A DNA stretch of 63,112 bases, filler included, from Nemertoderma westbladi (Eukaryota; Animalia; Xenacoelomorpha): the NCBI GenBank assembly GCA_032718475.1. It is 3 parts of 3 records of this genome, joined end to end, with 100 filler letters (N's around TTAATTAATTAA, not from the genome) between each part and the next. Parts side by side here need not be neighbours in the genome. Positions count along the whole stretch, not along the records: positions 25,750 to 56,108 come from JAUCBJ010005297.1; positions 56,209 to 63,112 come from JAUCBJ010002978.1; 1 more part is not named here. One strand, given 5' to 3'. Both the position numbers and the translations under genes were made by a program. Below are positions 43,753 through 56,219 of this stretch, piece after piece (positions within the stretch are counted from its first letter, which is position 1; each line of letters begins with the position of its first letter). Below the pieces are notes generated by a model that saw only the letters and a program-made list of their open reading frames with translations, did not search any database and was not told the origin of the DNA.

Positions 43753-43960
43753 GGTGACCCCGCGCCCGGGTAAGACATTAGTGCAGCGTGACCCCGCGCC
43801 CGGGTAAGACATTAGTGGCAGCGTGACCCCGCGCCCGGGTAAGACATTAGTGCAGCATGGCCCCGTGTCCGGGTAAGACATTAGAGCAGCATGGCCCCGT
43901 GCCCGGGTAAGACATTAGAGCAGCATGGCCCCGTGCCCGGGTAAGACATTAGTGCAGCGT
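43753..43960. repeat. 34-bp minisatellite x6
   Basis: CCCCGYGCCCGGGTAAGACATTAGWGCAGC units head to tail. Confidence 0.95.
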
Positions 43961-44689
43961 GCCTCTTATTGGAGGCAACTACATGCTCCTCTTAACTGGA
44001 AAAAAGAAGAGAGATTCAATGTACCAGAAGCAACAAGGAAGCTCATGTCTACCGGACGAATCCAGAAAGCTCTCCATTATGTTCTTAAATAGACTGGTCG
44101 GGTGTTTCAAGGAAATGTGTAGTAAGTATCCCATATGTACGCTGTACGGTACCCCACACGATTATAATCTTAAATATGGAACGATGTCAACAATGTTAGA
44201 TGCAATATCCAACATTACTTTTGTTAAATTCTATATATATTTGGTATACCAAGCCTGAAGAGAAGAGGTTTCATTTGAAGCGCCTCTCAAGTGCGTTGTT
44301 AAGTGCCATATACTGTACTATGCATTATTTCGGTAATATTCTGGTATGCCTGCTAATTTTTGCAATGTATATTGAGACGCAATATAGCATTGAATTTGAC
44401 AGAAAGTCCCTTTCGAATACTATATATATCTCAAGCAACAGTGTAAGACATCAACCATGCCAACCATGTCATAGAGTTACTCTCCTTTGAAGTCCAGCTG
44501 CTGCTGATCAAGAACAGGAGAGAAGAACTTCGAACCTAAGGTTAGTGAAAAACCAGTAACCAGGCGCCGTTCAACTCCTGTGTGTTACACTGACTATGAT
44601 AGTCAGACTTCCCCAGAGGAGGATACAGAGAGAGATTCCTCCGACCTGTATTTCTCCCAAACAATCAACGTCAAGGTAATAAAGGTATA

Positions 44690-47031
44690 ATACCTGGTTG
44701 GAATGAACAAGTAAAAGATTTTAAATCGAATTCGATGTTTTGGCACGATATGTGGAGCGCTGCAGGTAAACCTACTGGTGCAGGTAGTTATTTATTTCAT
44801 ATGCGTCGCACTTCTCGTGCACAATATCATTTTGCAGTTCGTAGGTTGAAGAAATCTCAAGATATCATCAAACGCGATAGAATTTTACAGGCGTGCTTAA
44901 ACGGAAATAATAACTTTTTTGATGAAATCAAAAAATTTCGCGGTAACCAACAGGTACTTAGCGAATCAATAAATGGTGTTAATAACCCAAGTGACATTGC
45001 GAATAACTTCGCCAAAATTTACAAGGAATTGTACAATCAGAATTATAGCGGTGACACAAGTGTTGATGATATCGAAAATGATATAAATTGTAGAATTAGA
45101 AACCTAATTGGTAACAATAATGTATCGGGTACAAATTGTGCAGGTTATCGAGAGGTATTGTCGCCTCGTATAATACACGAGGCATTGTTGCGTTTAAAAA
45201 ACGCCAAATCAGATGTCAGTTATAGTTTTGACTCAGGGTCTTTAATTAATGGTGGCCATATTCTAGAACATCATTTATCTATATTATTTAACTCTTTTCT
45301 TTCGCATGGATTGGTGTCAAAGTGTCTTTTATTGGTTTCTATTATTCCGATCATTAAAAATAAATTAGGCGATATATCTGATGATAAGAATTACCGTGCA
45401 ATTGCAATATCTTCTTTGATTCTGAAAATTTTTGAATGGGTATTATTATTAAGTGAAGGCGATAAGTTATGTTTTGATGACTTACAATTTGGGTTCCGTC
45501 CAAATTCTAGTACTGTAATGTGCAGCTGGTCGGCTTCGGAAGTAATCAATTACTATATGAGACACTCATCGCCCGTATTTGGTTGTTTGTTAGATTTTAC
45601 AAAAGCGTTCGACCTTGTTGAATGGCCAAAGCTGTTCCTTGAACTATTAAAAAAGGGTTTTTCAGTTTTATATTTAAGGTGCCTCATTTTTATATACAGA
45701 AACCAAGTTTGTGCAGTAAAATGGTTGAATTGCAGCTCTTTTAATTTTTTAATTTCTAATGGGGTCAGACAGGGTTCTGTTTGCTCGCCGACATTGTTTG
45801 CTCTGGTGTTAAATATTCTAATTAAATCTCTACGTGACTCCAAAGTAGGTTGTTTTATAGGGAATTATTATTTTGGTGTTTTGGCATACGCCGATGATGT
45901 ACTGTTATTGTGCCCATCTGTGGTTGGATTGCAATATATGGTCGATTTATGTCAAATTTTTTGTGCTAAATATAACTTGCGATTAAGTACAAATGTTGAT
46001 CAGGATAAATGCAAATGTAAGTGTATACCATTTAATTTTAAGTGGAGTCCACCCGGTGCTAGGATTAGAGCAGGTACAATTCTTCTCCCGTGGGCAAGAG
46101 AAGCTGTTCACCTAGGTATTACACTTGACTTTAAATGCACTTTAGCCAAGGACATTTTACGTAAACGCGGCCAGTTTATTGGGAAACTCAATAACATTAG
46201 GCAAGAGTTTGGCTTCTCGCACCCTGGTAATCTAACATATCTACAAAAGTTATACACTATGTGTTTTTATGGTAGCAATACATGGAATTTATGGTCCGAT
46301 GAATGTTCTAGAATCTTAACCAGCTGGAACATTAACGTTAGGATTATATGGCAGTTGCCTTATAATGCTCATAGGTATATTGTACAAGAAATTGTAGGAT
46401 TTATACATCCATGGGTTATTTTATGCAAAAATTTTGTTGGTTATTGTAGGTCTATTTTTAATGCTGATAGGATGTGTATTAGATTCCTAGCTAACTTAAT
46501 GTTATTTGATTGTAGGAGTACTAGCGGAAGTAATTTACGTCAGATTGGTAATGAGTGCGGGGTGTCGGATTTATCTTTGTTGTCCACCCGTACTGTAGAC
46601 AATAAACTATCATATGTACGCACTCCGCCGGGTGAGGAGTGGAGAGTTAATAGCTGCAGAGAAATCGTAAACTCAATTGTAGGTGTAACTAATATACCTG
46701 GTTTTACGCATGATGAGCTTAGAGATATTTTGAATTATATTTCTTCCACTTAAAGGACTATAGCTTATTTGTTATACTTTCTTTTTTCTCTTTTTCTTTT
46801 TTCTTTTTCTGTTTTGTTACGTTCTGTTCGGTTTATATTAAGTCTTGCTGTAATTATTGTGCCTATCTTTCGTTCACGTGAAATTTAAATGTAGCTAAAT
46901 TTATATATTATGCACTATTATCACTTTGTATGTACGCTCTACTGTACCTGTGCTATTTACTTGGTATTGCTGTACTTATATGTGTTTGCCCACGTTATAA
47001 TGTACGAATAGAATAATAATAATAATAATAA
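44690..47031 (+). mobile_element. 5'-truncated non-LTR retrotransposon (Proto2/RTE-group-like); RT ORF 44735-46753
   Basis: IPGWNE, NYRAIA, QFGFR, LDFTKAFD, GVRQGSVCSP, AYADD; 3' UTR and (AAT)n tail. Clade assignment tentative. Confidence 0.88.
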
Positions 47032-47199
47032 TGGGAAAATCCAAATAAACAGGTAAGTTCAAGAAAAAGTACAGTAAAACTCCTCAAAGTTCCCCAAAAT
47101 GTATCATTTTCAAAAAAGGGGAGGAGGCCTCCAAATCCCAAAATACTATTCTCTCAAAAACATCGAGTATCAAGTCGATTAAATGAGTAATGAGCGGGG

Positions 47200-47830
47200 A
47201 TACTCATAATATTGGTAAGTGTTCCTCCTTCTTGAAGATGACTCTTGACGCATTTTATAAAGGTTGTATTTCAACTGTCTAAGATCAGGATACCAGCAAA
47301 ATAGCTGCTACTCAGAGATCAAGTATTCCAAGTATGGAGCTAAACCCTACTCATTGCTCCATACTGAAAATGAGAAGATTACTGAACTTGAAGTACACGT
47401 GCAATTCAGAGATATGTATGACACTGACACTGACAGGAACCTCCAATGACAAAGACAAAGAGAGGATTCATACTAGTCTTAACCTCTCAGGAATAATACA
47501 GGTTTGGAATTCAACAGAGGAGACATATTTCTATGTCAATTCACTATCCACCCTTCAAGATCAAACAGGTAAGAACGGTATTAATCAGATTAAGACGGTG
47601 GCTATTAAGAATTTTGCAGCCAGTCAGGCTGATTTATATAATTGGGATAAGGATAAATTCGCAAGTAAAAACAAGGTCCCAGGGTTTAGGATGGATAAAC
47701 CAGGAGTCCAATTACTCATGGGACAAAACACGCATGAGGCTTTCGAAGTATTGGAGAAAAGACCTGCTAATCCACAGCCATTGCAAACCTATGCCAGATG
47801 CACTAGAGTGGGCTGGTTCTGAACGGGCCC
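47200..47830 (+). pseudogene. Decayed BEL/Pao Gag knuckle / protease remnant
   Basis: YFNCLRSGY...C.S......YSLLH; VQLLMGQ...A..TRVGW. Confidence 0.65.
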
Positions 47831-48183
47831 TTCGGCGAGATTGCTTAGAGAAAGAACTGAGACAGTTTTTAACACTAAGGTGTGTGAAGATGTATATCAA
47901 GAACTTGAGACATCAGCTAATCACATCACCTAATCAATCTCACCTAATCAGGTGGAGCTATGTATTTTAATACATAGAAATAATGAGTTAGCCGCCTATG
48001 GGGATGATGCGTTGAATAAAGTGGTGGAAAGGTATAACGCAAAATTGAGAGATGAACAGAACATGCAGTTAAATTCTTCACGCAGGAAGATGTCAAACTT
48101 GTATGACAAGACTCTGTAAATAGAAGAGGAGTTAGTGCGGCAGATTCAGAAAACAATAACCCGCTTCCTAAAGGAGGAAGGAC

Positions 48184-49467
48184 GGGAAGTTTGGAGTATG
48201 GACCAGCTTATCACTACTGAAATGTGCATTTTAGGATGCAGAAGCTTTCAAACCGCTCCCGAAAGTAGGACTTAGTTTAAGGGGGGGGTACACCATTTTG
48301 GTCAAAAATATGTCGAAATTTTTTTTATGATCTCTTATAATGCACCATTAAATGGTGTTTCCAAATCTGAAAACCGCTATTTAATAGCTCTTTTAGTTTT
48401 TAAGTTATAACAATTTCCATTTAGGGATTCCTATTGAAATTACTATTACTATGTATAATGAAAGGTCGATTATCTCCAAATATTTATTTTATGAAATTGT
48501 CAACTTCAAAACCCTACTACTTCTACAATTTTTGAGCAATTAGTCTGAAACTTTCTGTGGGTGTCTACATAGCCACCCTGCATTAAAGTATCAGACAACT
48601 TTTCGAAATTATTTGTTAATAAAATTTAATACTATTTATAACAAACCTAAAAATTAGGCATAAATTTGCAGCGCCACCTAGCGGCGCAGAATTATTTTCA
48701 CAAAATTTCGCCTGATAGTTATGTTGCCACATCTTTGATCTATCATATAAAAAAACTTTCATGTGATTAGATTCAAAACTGTAAAAGCCTTAGGGTTTTA
48801 AGCGCAACCAAGTTTTTTTTGTTGTTAACTAGTATTAACTAATATTAAATAGCGAAAAATAAAAATTTTCTAATCTGTCATGTAGAATAGCATCTTAGGC
48901 ACCAATATTCCAAATTATAGCCAAAACCAAACAATTTTGAAACGCTGAGAGTGATAAATCGAAGAGTTGTCCGAAAATGGTGTACCCCCCCCCCCTTAAT
49001 ATTTACACTAAAAGTTTCTACTTTTAACAAGTTCACTACTCCAAACAATTCACTATATCTAATCAATTCTTTTTGGATCTTCGTTTATGTAACTTCTTAA
49101 TAGTTTCTTTCTCCCCTGGTCAAGTCACCTTGAAAGGAGTGCTACCACTCTCAGGTGATGGATGCAGGGAAATTGCATCAGGAGGAACCGGGTTTCTATC
49201 AGTATAACCACCAGTAGAGGTACCTGGTAGACTAGGGTCAAATGTCAACTCTTTTCTCTCCTTCCCTTTGGATCCTGCTTCTATGTTTTTGCGATATAGG
49301 ATTTATGGCTTCAGAATGAGCTCTATTCAATGCAATGGGACTCCTTCTGAAATATTGGGCATACCAGTTTTCCAATCCTTGGATCAAATACTGGCGACTT
49401 CTTTACTCTGTATCTCATTAGGGTGCTCTAAAAGAGTCTCCTTTCTGGTGTCCATACGGGGTGGCGT
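48184..49467 (-). repeat. Left arm of inverted duplication (accessory-ORF tail, PPT, LTR start), split by MITE
   Basis: Reverse complement of ~50690-51254 once 48281-48999 is removed. Confidence 0.9.
48281..48995. mobile_element. Kolobok-like MITE
   Basis: TTAA TSD (48277-80, 48996-99); TIR G(n)TACACCATTTT; purine-starting ends; single TTAA in the uninterrupted copy near 51158. Confidence 0.82.
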
Positions 49468-49479
49468 TGGATGTATATA

Positions 49480-50670
49480 ATACTGAAAGATCCAAAGGGA
49501 ATAACTTTGACTTTACCGTGCTGGTTTTTGGTTTAACCATCTCAGCTCCCTTGGTTTGTCTGATCTCGCTAGGGGTCAGATGCTTGGGCCATTCATTCTC
49601 TGATTGATTTAGAAAGTCAGGGCCACTTAACCAACAAGGAGTTTCAGTAAGTTCTTTGGGTGTGGCTCACCTTCTCAGGATTTAGCTATATCGGCAGGAA
49701 TTATAGCGCCCGGGCAGTGTCTCCATTGTTGGATAGTTGTTCGACTGAGAATAATCGCAAACTCTGTTGGTAACGAAGACACTAAATTAGCAGACTTGAT
49801 TGGCGAGATTTTCCAATACCTGTACAGCGTTGGTCCAGTAGAAGGTTCTTTCCAGTTTAAAGTTAATTTGTTCGGTGATATTCTTCCCTATAGCAGTGGC
49901 ATATAAGGCAGCCTTTAATTCCACTTGAGGGACTCTCAGTTTGTTGTTAATGAGTGCGACTTTGATTCCCATAGGGGTTTCCACTCTTAAATAGGCTACC
50001 ACACCTATTCCAATATCGTTGGCATCTCCAAAAACATGGGGCTGAAGGGAAGGGAGAACATTTCCAAAATATGTGTGAGAGATCTTCTGAGATGGAAGTG
50101 AGTCTTCCCCCTTGTCATGGATCGTCCCAAGAGTGGTTTTCTAACCATATTTGTTGCACGAAGTACTGAGCGACTAGGATTACTGTACTAATAAATCCCA
50201 AAGGGTAGAAGTAGGTGCTCAGATTACTCAGACAAATACTTTTTTTTCTAATGAGATTGTCACGCCATTTCAGTTGGAAAAACATCAAGTCCCTTTTGGT
50301 ATCCCATTTCAAACCAAGGGTCTATGACCGCTTTAGGGAAGGAGTCTCTAGTTTGGTCAGTGGTAGTACGGACCACTGAACAAGCGTTAGATGGGCTTGA
50401 TATAATACCGAAAGCCTGGATGTTCATCCAATGCTCGACGGGATCTTGACTGAAGTCACACTTATAGAAACATACCTTCTATGTCTGAGGGAAACGCAAT
50501 TGAGTATTGCCATAATCTTAGTAATATCCCCAATAAAAATCATAAAAGATTGGGTCCCGGCAATAGTTCTGAGTTTAGGGACTGCCCTTTATATAGCTGA
50601 ACCATTGAAGACTACCTGGACTTTATTCGGCTTACTGGGTTTGGGAACGTATTGATGGGTTAAATAATAC
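49480..50670 (-). pseudogene. Decayed BEL/Pao pol (RT start, Peptidase_A17/RNase H region)
   Basis: KPSKPNKVQVVFNGSA, KWDTKRD, YPLGFI, SWDDP, HVFGDA, VAYLR, ELKAA, FYWT, FVTNRV, QWRHCP...PAD, LSGPDFL. Confidence 0.85.
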
Positions 50671-50689
50671 TTACCCGTACTATAATACT

Positions 50690-52140
50690 TACGCCACCCC
50701 TATGGACACCAGAAGGGAGACTCTTTTAGACCACCCTAATGAGATACAGAGTAAAGAAGTCGCCAGTATTTGATCCTAGGATTGGAAAACTGGTATGCCC
50801 AATATTTCAGAAGGAGTCCCATTGCATTGAATACTGCTCATTCTGACGCCATAAACCCTATATCGCAAAAACATAGAAGCAGGATCCAAAGGGAAGGAGA
50901 GGAAAGAGTTGACATTTGACCCTAGTCTACCAGGTACCTCTACTGGTGGTTATACTGATAGAAACCCGGTTCCTCCTGATGCAATTTCACTGCATCCATC
51001 ACCTGAGAGTGGTAGCACTCCTTTCAAGGTGACTTGACCAGGGGAGAAAGAAACTATTAAGAAGTTACATAAACGAAGATCCAAAAAGAATTGATTAGAT
51101 ATAGTGAATTGTTTGGAGTAGTGAACTTGTTAAAAGTAGAAACTTTTAGTGTAAATATTAAACTAAGTCCTACTTTCGGGAGCGGTTTAAAAGCTTCTGC
51201 ATCCTAAAATGCACATTTCAGTAATGATAAGCTGGTCCATACTCCAAACTTCCCTAAGTGACAGATCCATACGCCCCGACGTGTTCAATTGTAGTACACA
51301 CCAAAAGATAAGCAGCCAATAAAATCTACGTTTCATTTTCTTGGCTCAGATTTTCTTTATTAGATCAACAAAGACGCATGGCAGTTTTTTATTGGTAGTT
51401 GATGAGCAATGTGCCATGACGTCATGATTTCTTGGAATTATTAGGTTAGTTAAGCTTGGACGGAAGCTCATTCTTCTGTTTTGCTGATAGCAGAGCAGGG
51501 CGTTTTTGCCTATTAACATATTGGCTGGATGCGTAGAATCATAGTTAGTTACCTAACCGGCTGTATACCCTACCGACTGGAATACTGCTTTATTGAACTG
51601 ATTGCTGATTATTGCTGTATTTGTATATTATATTTGCCGATTATCTTATGTAAATATTTCTTCTTATATGGATGAATAATTGCATCCTTAACTGATTGTT
51701 ATTTTCATCCTAAGAGGTAAGCTTTGGCTTTGGGGGTTAATTAGCAATTTCCTGGTTCACATCAAGTGGAGTGTGGAGTGGAATATTATTTTGTAGCACC
51801 AACGCATGTGAGCCTATAAACATCCTTATTCATGAACAAAATTGTCTCAAGTCAGCAGTTCATACACCAAAGTGTATTTCAGCCCGACTTATATATACCA
51901 TGCCCATAGGTGTGCAAAATATGATTTTTGTTAGTATTTTTAATTGCTATAAGACAATTACAATCAAACGGGACTGTTAATACTATCCCTGTACGTTAGC
52001 ATAGTTATTGGGAATTATATTTCGAGAATCAATCGACTGATGCACAAGCAGCCTATTTTAGCTGGCCGATATATTTCAGACTCCCTTTGGGTCATACGCC
52101 ATGCTAGTTTGATTTATATTTGATGTATATATATAAGTTG
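50690..52140 (+). mobile_element. 3' end of a relative of the 18890-24450 element: ORF tail, PPT, long LTR from 51186
   Basis: PGTSTGGYTDRNPVPPDAISLHPSP...KKLHKRR matches PGTSTGGYTDHNPTPSDAIILHPSP...KKLRKRR; TTCGGGAGCGG then TTTAAAAGCTTCTG. Confidence 0.85.
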
Positions 52141-52680
52141 GCAAAACTAAGCAAGATTTCTGTGATAATTGAAATAGATTGTAAGGTCTCTTTCTCTTAA
52201 AATACGTAAGCATTCGTTGTTATAGTCATTAGTATCTAGGATTATAGTGTTACCAGATTTATCACCCCCTACAGATACGAATAATATTAGTATTACATTT
52301 GAGAGACTTGAGAGAACAGTCCGTTGTTGCTTCGTAAGGTTATACTAAGTTACATTTTTGGGTGAGACATTGTTGTGGTTGACGTCTTGTAGTTGGTGTG
52401 AGCACCTGGGTCGTTGGTGGATAACCGAGATATATCAAATATTTCTGCTTCATATGTATATCCAACCTCCTATCATTTGTAATTGGTGTGAATGATGAAA
52501 TTAAATTAAAATTTCAATTCATTTTTAATTAATTGCAGATCATTGGTAGAAAATCATCAAATAATTAAAAGTAAGACTGTATTGACCATTTTCATTTAAT
52601 TTTGGGTGTTTTGAATAAAATTAAGAGCTGTGGTATTGATTTCATAAATTATCTAATTATCATAAGTTCCATAAATAAAC

Positions 52681-54366
52681 ATGAAGTTACTACCATACTA
52701 TGGGAATCTTACACCTGGAGATTGTATTAATATTTTCAATCAAAAGGAAATGCAATGGATAAATGAACAAAGTTTCATAGTAACAGAGGGCCGTTATATG
52801 CATTGGCCATTCGGAAACCACCACCAAGAGACGATGCCATACGGAAAGAAATACAGGCAACAGTTGAAAATTACATCGTATCTTCTAGCTAAATTCACCC
52901 CTAAAAGGATTGGTGTCATTATTGACAGAAGGGTAAACGAGTGGATAATTTCGAAGCAAAAAATAGGCGTAATATCTACAATAATTCAGGAAGAAGTGAG
53001 ATATTTGCTCGCTGCAATGATGTTAGATCTAGTCTTTGATCAAGAAGCCTCAGATGACATCGTGCGGATATTTTACACGGCTCACAAAAACATGAATTCA
53101 GTCTTTATTGGTACAGGATTGAGATCAAAGAAAGTCCGTCAAGATATGCACCAGGAATTAAAGAAGTTGGTTTTGAATTCGGTAGAAGATGGACATTTTC
53201 GGGAGTTTATGGAAGAGAATGGGAACATTGTAATGCTTACTGAGCATATTGGAACGTTGATATTCTATGCTGCGATTCAACAGATAATGGAAAGCATCGG
53301 TCATTGTATGACCGAGATTCTCTTAATCCCTAGAGTTTATGATAAGTTGTTGCCGCTTTTAGAGCGCAATGCAGCGGAATTAGACAGTGACGAGCTAATT
53401 CATGATACATACCTGGATTGGGTAGTCAATGAGTCACTCCGTATGTTTCCTCAATTCCCTAAGACAACAAGAGAAGTTTTTGAAACATTCACTTACAAGG
53501 GTCTTACATTCACTAAAGGGGAGACCGTCGGGTTAGATATACGTGGATGCAACAATATGATGTGGGATGATGGCGACAAGTTCATTCCTGAGAGATGGGA
53601 AGACTGGGGTCCACAATCAGTGCCGACAAAGGAGACACCTGGTAAAGGGTACTTTATATCATTTGGTCAGGGATACAGGAGGGGCTGTCCAGCCAAAACA
53701 TTTGCTAGACAAGTTACCAAAATAGTATTGGTGGGTTTGTTGTCTCGGGCTACTTTCTACATACCAAAAAGCTTCATACACATTCCACGCATGGCCAAGG
53801 GAGTGCCGGTTGTCGTATCGTTTAATCGAGATGAGAATCCAGGGCATAAGGAGTTAGTGAACCGACTTCTTGATAAAGCTGAGTCCGAACAGGCCACTCA
53901 TAACTTATTGAATATTCCATTCTGGAGTGGCCTCGGTTTTTGGAAACAATGTGCGAAGATGAAAGCCTACGCCATGAACTTGGACCCCGGGATTTTTGCT
54001 GCCTCCATTACCTTCATCGACGTCAGCATTCGATATCTGTTTAAAAAAAACTCTGCGTCGCTTTGGATTATGATTTTAGAATTTTTTTCTTGGAGTTTTG
54101 GAATTGATGGTATCCAATCTATATACTTTACAGTGGCCATTTTGACCCTTTGGCAATTTAATTTACTCAATTACTTGATAAAATTTATATTTCAAACAAC
54201 ATTTAACCCTATTGATCCAGGTATGTATTGGGGTCAATATGACCCCCTCCACCCCCCCCCCCCCCCCCCCCCCCCACCCGCCGCGCCACCCCCCCCCCCC
54301 GGTTTTTATTACTATAACTCTGAAACTAACGCAGTTGGGAATCCGAAGTTTTACGAATTTTTCTAA
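52681..54366 (+). CDS. Highly divergent cytochrome P450, intronless CDS; codons after ~54206 are MITE-derived
   Basis: K-helix VVNESLRMFP, FTKGETV, FIPERW, heme loop SFGQGYRRGCPA. Confidence 0.9.
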   Translation: MKLLPYYGNLTPGDCINIFNQKEMQWINEQSFIVTEGRYMHWPFGNHHQETMPYGKKYRQQLKITSYLLAKFTPKRIGVIIDRRVNEWIISKQKIGVISTIIQEEVRYLLAAMMLDLVFDQEASDDIVRIFYTAHKNMNSVFIGTGLRSKKVRQDMHQELKKLVLNSVEDGHFREFMEENGNIVMLTEHIGTLIFYAAIQQIMESIGHCMTEILLIPRVYDKLLPLLERNAAELDSDELIHDTYLDWVVNESLRMFPQFPKTTREVFETFTYKGLTFTKGETVGLDIRGCNNMMWDDGDKFIPERWEDWGPQSVPTKETPGKGYFISFGQGYRRGCPAKTFARQVTKIVLVGLLSRATFYIPKSFIHIPRMAKGVPVVVSFNRDENPGHKELVNRLLDKAESEQATHNLLNIPFWSGLGFWKQCAKMKAYAMNLDPGIFAASITFIDVSIRYLFKKNSASLWIMILEFFSWSFGIDGIQSIYFTVAILTLWQFNLLNYLIKFIFQTTFNPIDPGMYWGQYDPLHPPPPPPPPPAAPPPPPGFYYYNSETNAVGNPKFYEFF

Positions 54367-55470
54367 AAATCTATTATATTTCTAATAGTGAAAACTGTTT
54401 TTAAATATATTGGGAACTTTTCGAGTTGTATCAACATTTTTAAACTTTCGGCTCAATTTTCGAAACGTTTTTTTTGAAAATTACATGTTATGAAATACTG
54501 TATGATTTGTAACATCTCTAATTTTGAGTTAGGCCTACATCGGTTTTTGGTGTTCCCAATTAGATGGAGTATATAAAATGGGAGAGAAATTTCAAACTTG
54601 TTATTTTTTTAAAATATATCAATTTTGTTAATTGATTGATTGTTTGAAACTGAATTATTCGTAATAATGTTTTATTGCGGTTCTGATTTCGATTGAATAT
54701 ATCCGAGTTGCATCAGACACATCAAACTAATATTTTTCGTTGATGGTTGCCAAGTTTGGTGCTAGCACGAAATTTTGAAACTTCAACCAAATTGTTCAAT
54801 TAATTGTGACAACTAGTTTCGCGCATTTTACAGGTTTATGGGAGTTCTGTCTTCTAAACGGAATAAGTAAAAATTGCATAAAAGTTATAAAATTTGTATT
54901 TTTCGGCGGTGGGTTGAAATTTGGTGCCAAATTATGAAAATAAGCAAATTAAAAAAATAGGTTCTTGTGTTACATTATACTGGTTTATGAGGGTGCTGAT
55001 TCAGATTGAATAAATATAAACGGGAATAGCTATGTAAACTTGTATTTTTCGAGGGTGTGTGCGAAATTTGGTGCTACAGTAGAACCAAAATGTTCAGTAT
55101 TTCGCCGAAAAATATAAGTTGCATTGATCTGGAGCATTATAAATGGCGCCAAAGAAAACGAAATAAAGTAACTTTATAGGTATTATAAGTTAAACTTGGT
55201 GTTAAAACTGAAAAGTGCTAGTTACTTGTTTTTTAATTTTTCGTCTTACGAAGAGGTCTTTCATAGTAATTCAACATAGTGAAATTACAATGAGACAAAT
55301 TAAACATAGTATTCATAGTACATGTAACCATATGTGTTTTAAATATCTTCCAATGGATTCAGCGCCCCAGAAAATGGAAACAGATTGTAAAAATAGAAAA
55401 CTTAAATTTTTTTTAATTTACAACTGCTTTAAATTAGATACGTGGAATTTGGAACAACCCTCAAAACGGT
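54207..55470 (+). mobile_element. Diverged piggyBac-like MITE, same family as 41933-43491
   Basis: TTAA|CCCTATT, GGGGTCAATATGACCCC, GCAGTTGGGAATC, TTTGGTGCTAGCAC; right TIR not seen. Confidence 0.8.
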
Positions 55471-55596
55471 GACAACAGTCAGCCACAATAAAAAAAAATG
55501 GTTGATCATTATCAACACACAACCACACGCACCAAAAAAAAACAAAAACACCAACCCACAAAATGTCCGGACAACACTTTGAATCATGAATTCAGA

Positions 55597-56108
55597 ATTC
55601 TGTAATATTTACTGCTTACTACAGTACCAGTTAGGCCTACCTACAGTGTTGTATTACAGTATTCTGTAATATTTACTGCTTACTACAGTACCAGTTAGGC
55701 CTACCTACAGTGTTGTATTACAGTATTCTGTAATATTTACTGCTTACTACAGTACCAGTTGCGCCTACCTACAGTGTTGTATTACAGTATTCTGTAATAT
55801 TTACTGCTTACTACAGTACCAGTTGCGCCTACCTTACAGTGTTGTATTACAGTATTCTGTAATATTTACTGCTTACTACAGTACCAGTTAGGCCTACCTA
55901 CAGTGTTGTATTACAGTATTCTGTAATATTTACTGCTTACTACAGTACCAGTTGCGCCTACCTACAGTGTTGTATTACAGTATTCTGTAATATTTACTGC
56001 TTACTACAGTACCAGTTGCGCCTACCTACAGTGTTGTATTACAGTATTCTGTAATATTTACTGCTTACTACAGTACCAGTTGCGCCTACCTACAGTGTTG
56101 TATTACAG
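55597..56108. repeat. 64-bp tandem repeat, 8 copies before gap
   Basis: ATTCTGTAATATTTACTGCTTACTACAGTACCAGTT...GTATTACAGT units. Confidence 0.97.
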
Positions 56109-56208
56109 NNNNNNNNNNNNNNNNNNNNNNNNNNNNNNNNNNNNNNNNNNNNTTAATTAATTAANNNNNNNNNNNNNNNNNNNNNNNNNNNNNNNNNNNN
56201 NNNNNNNN
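56109..56208. other. Assembly gap with linker
   Basis: N run with TTAATTAATTAA. Confidence 0.97.
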
Positions 56209-56219
56209 ATATATAAATC

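Noticed and set aside
43753-43960. CRISPR-like 34-bp repeats (also the 64-bp array at 55597)
   Set aside because: Head-to-tail with no unique spacers, no cas genes, eukaryotic context.
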